From positions 49,724,001-49,788,000 of the forward strand of contig NC_043014.1 of the NCBI RefSeq assembly GCF_006345805.1: a stretch of DNA of 64,000 nt. The letters run 5' to 3'. A model generated the notes under the pieces. The model searched no databases and was not told where the DNA came from. It saw only the letters and a program-made list of their open reading frames with translations. The position numbers and the translations under genes are program-made. How positions within the stretch are numbered: position 1 is the first letter of the stretch; each line of letters starts with the position of its first letter. The stretch is from Octopus sinensis. Its lineage: Eukaryota. Of the stretch, positions 63,461 to 64,000 are shown in pieces.

Positions 63461-64000
<540 letters not shown>

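Overview
Eukaryotic, AT-rich, very repeat-dense window. The SINE/LINE families and simple-repeat load point to an octopus (coleoid cephalopod) genome; this is an inference. The only host gene I can support is the 5' part of a G protein alpha-s gene (GNAS/Galpha-s orthologue) on the + strand. Coding exon 1 is 20420-20549 ([44 protein letters not shown]) and exon 2 is 25505-25580 ([24 protein letters not shown][E/D]). I found no exon 3, so intron 2 appears to run past the end of the window (>38 kb). The rest is tRNA-derived SINEs (three families), RTE and HERO-like LINE fragments, a mariner derivative, piggyBac-, hAT- and Merlin-like MITEs, microsatellites and local tandem duplications. Nearly all ORFs in the track are microsatellite artefacts. 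The most interesting signal is a set of small non-coding elements carrying minimal type I hammerhead ribozyme motifs of the kind known from Penelope-like elements (PLEs). At least four unrelated families are present (129-349, 8931-9127, 43310-43885, 61795-62052, plus a collapsed relative at 24818-24972). Three of the four are asymmetric head-to-head palindromes in which the hammerheads read outward from the centre. One of them (43310-43885) fuses back-to-back tRNA-like Pol III heads to hammerheads. Catalytic activity and novelty are untested; all folds were done by eye and boundaries of old repeats are approximate.
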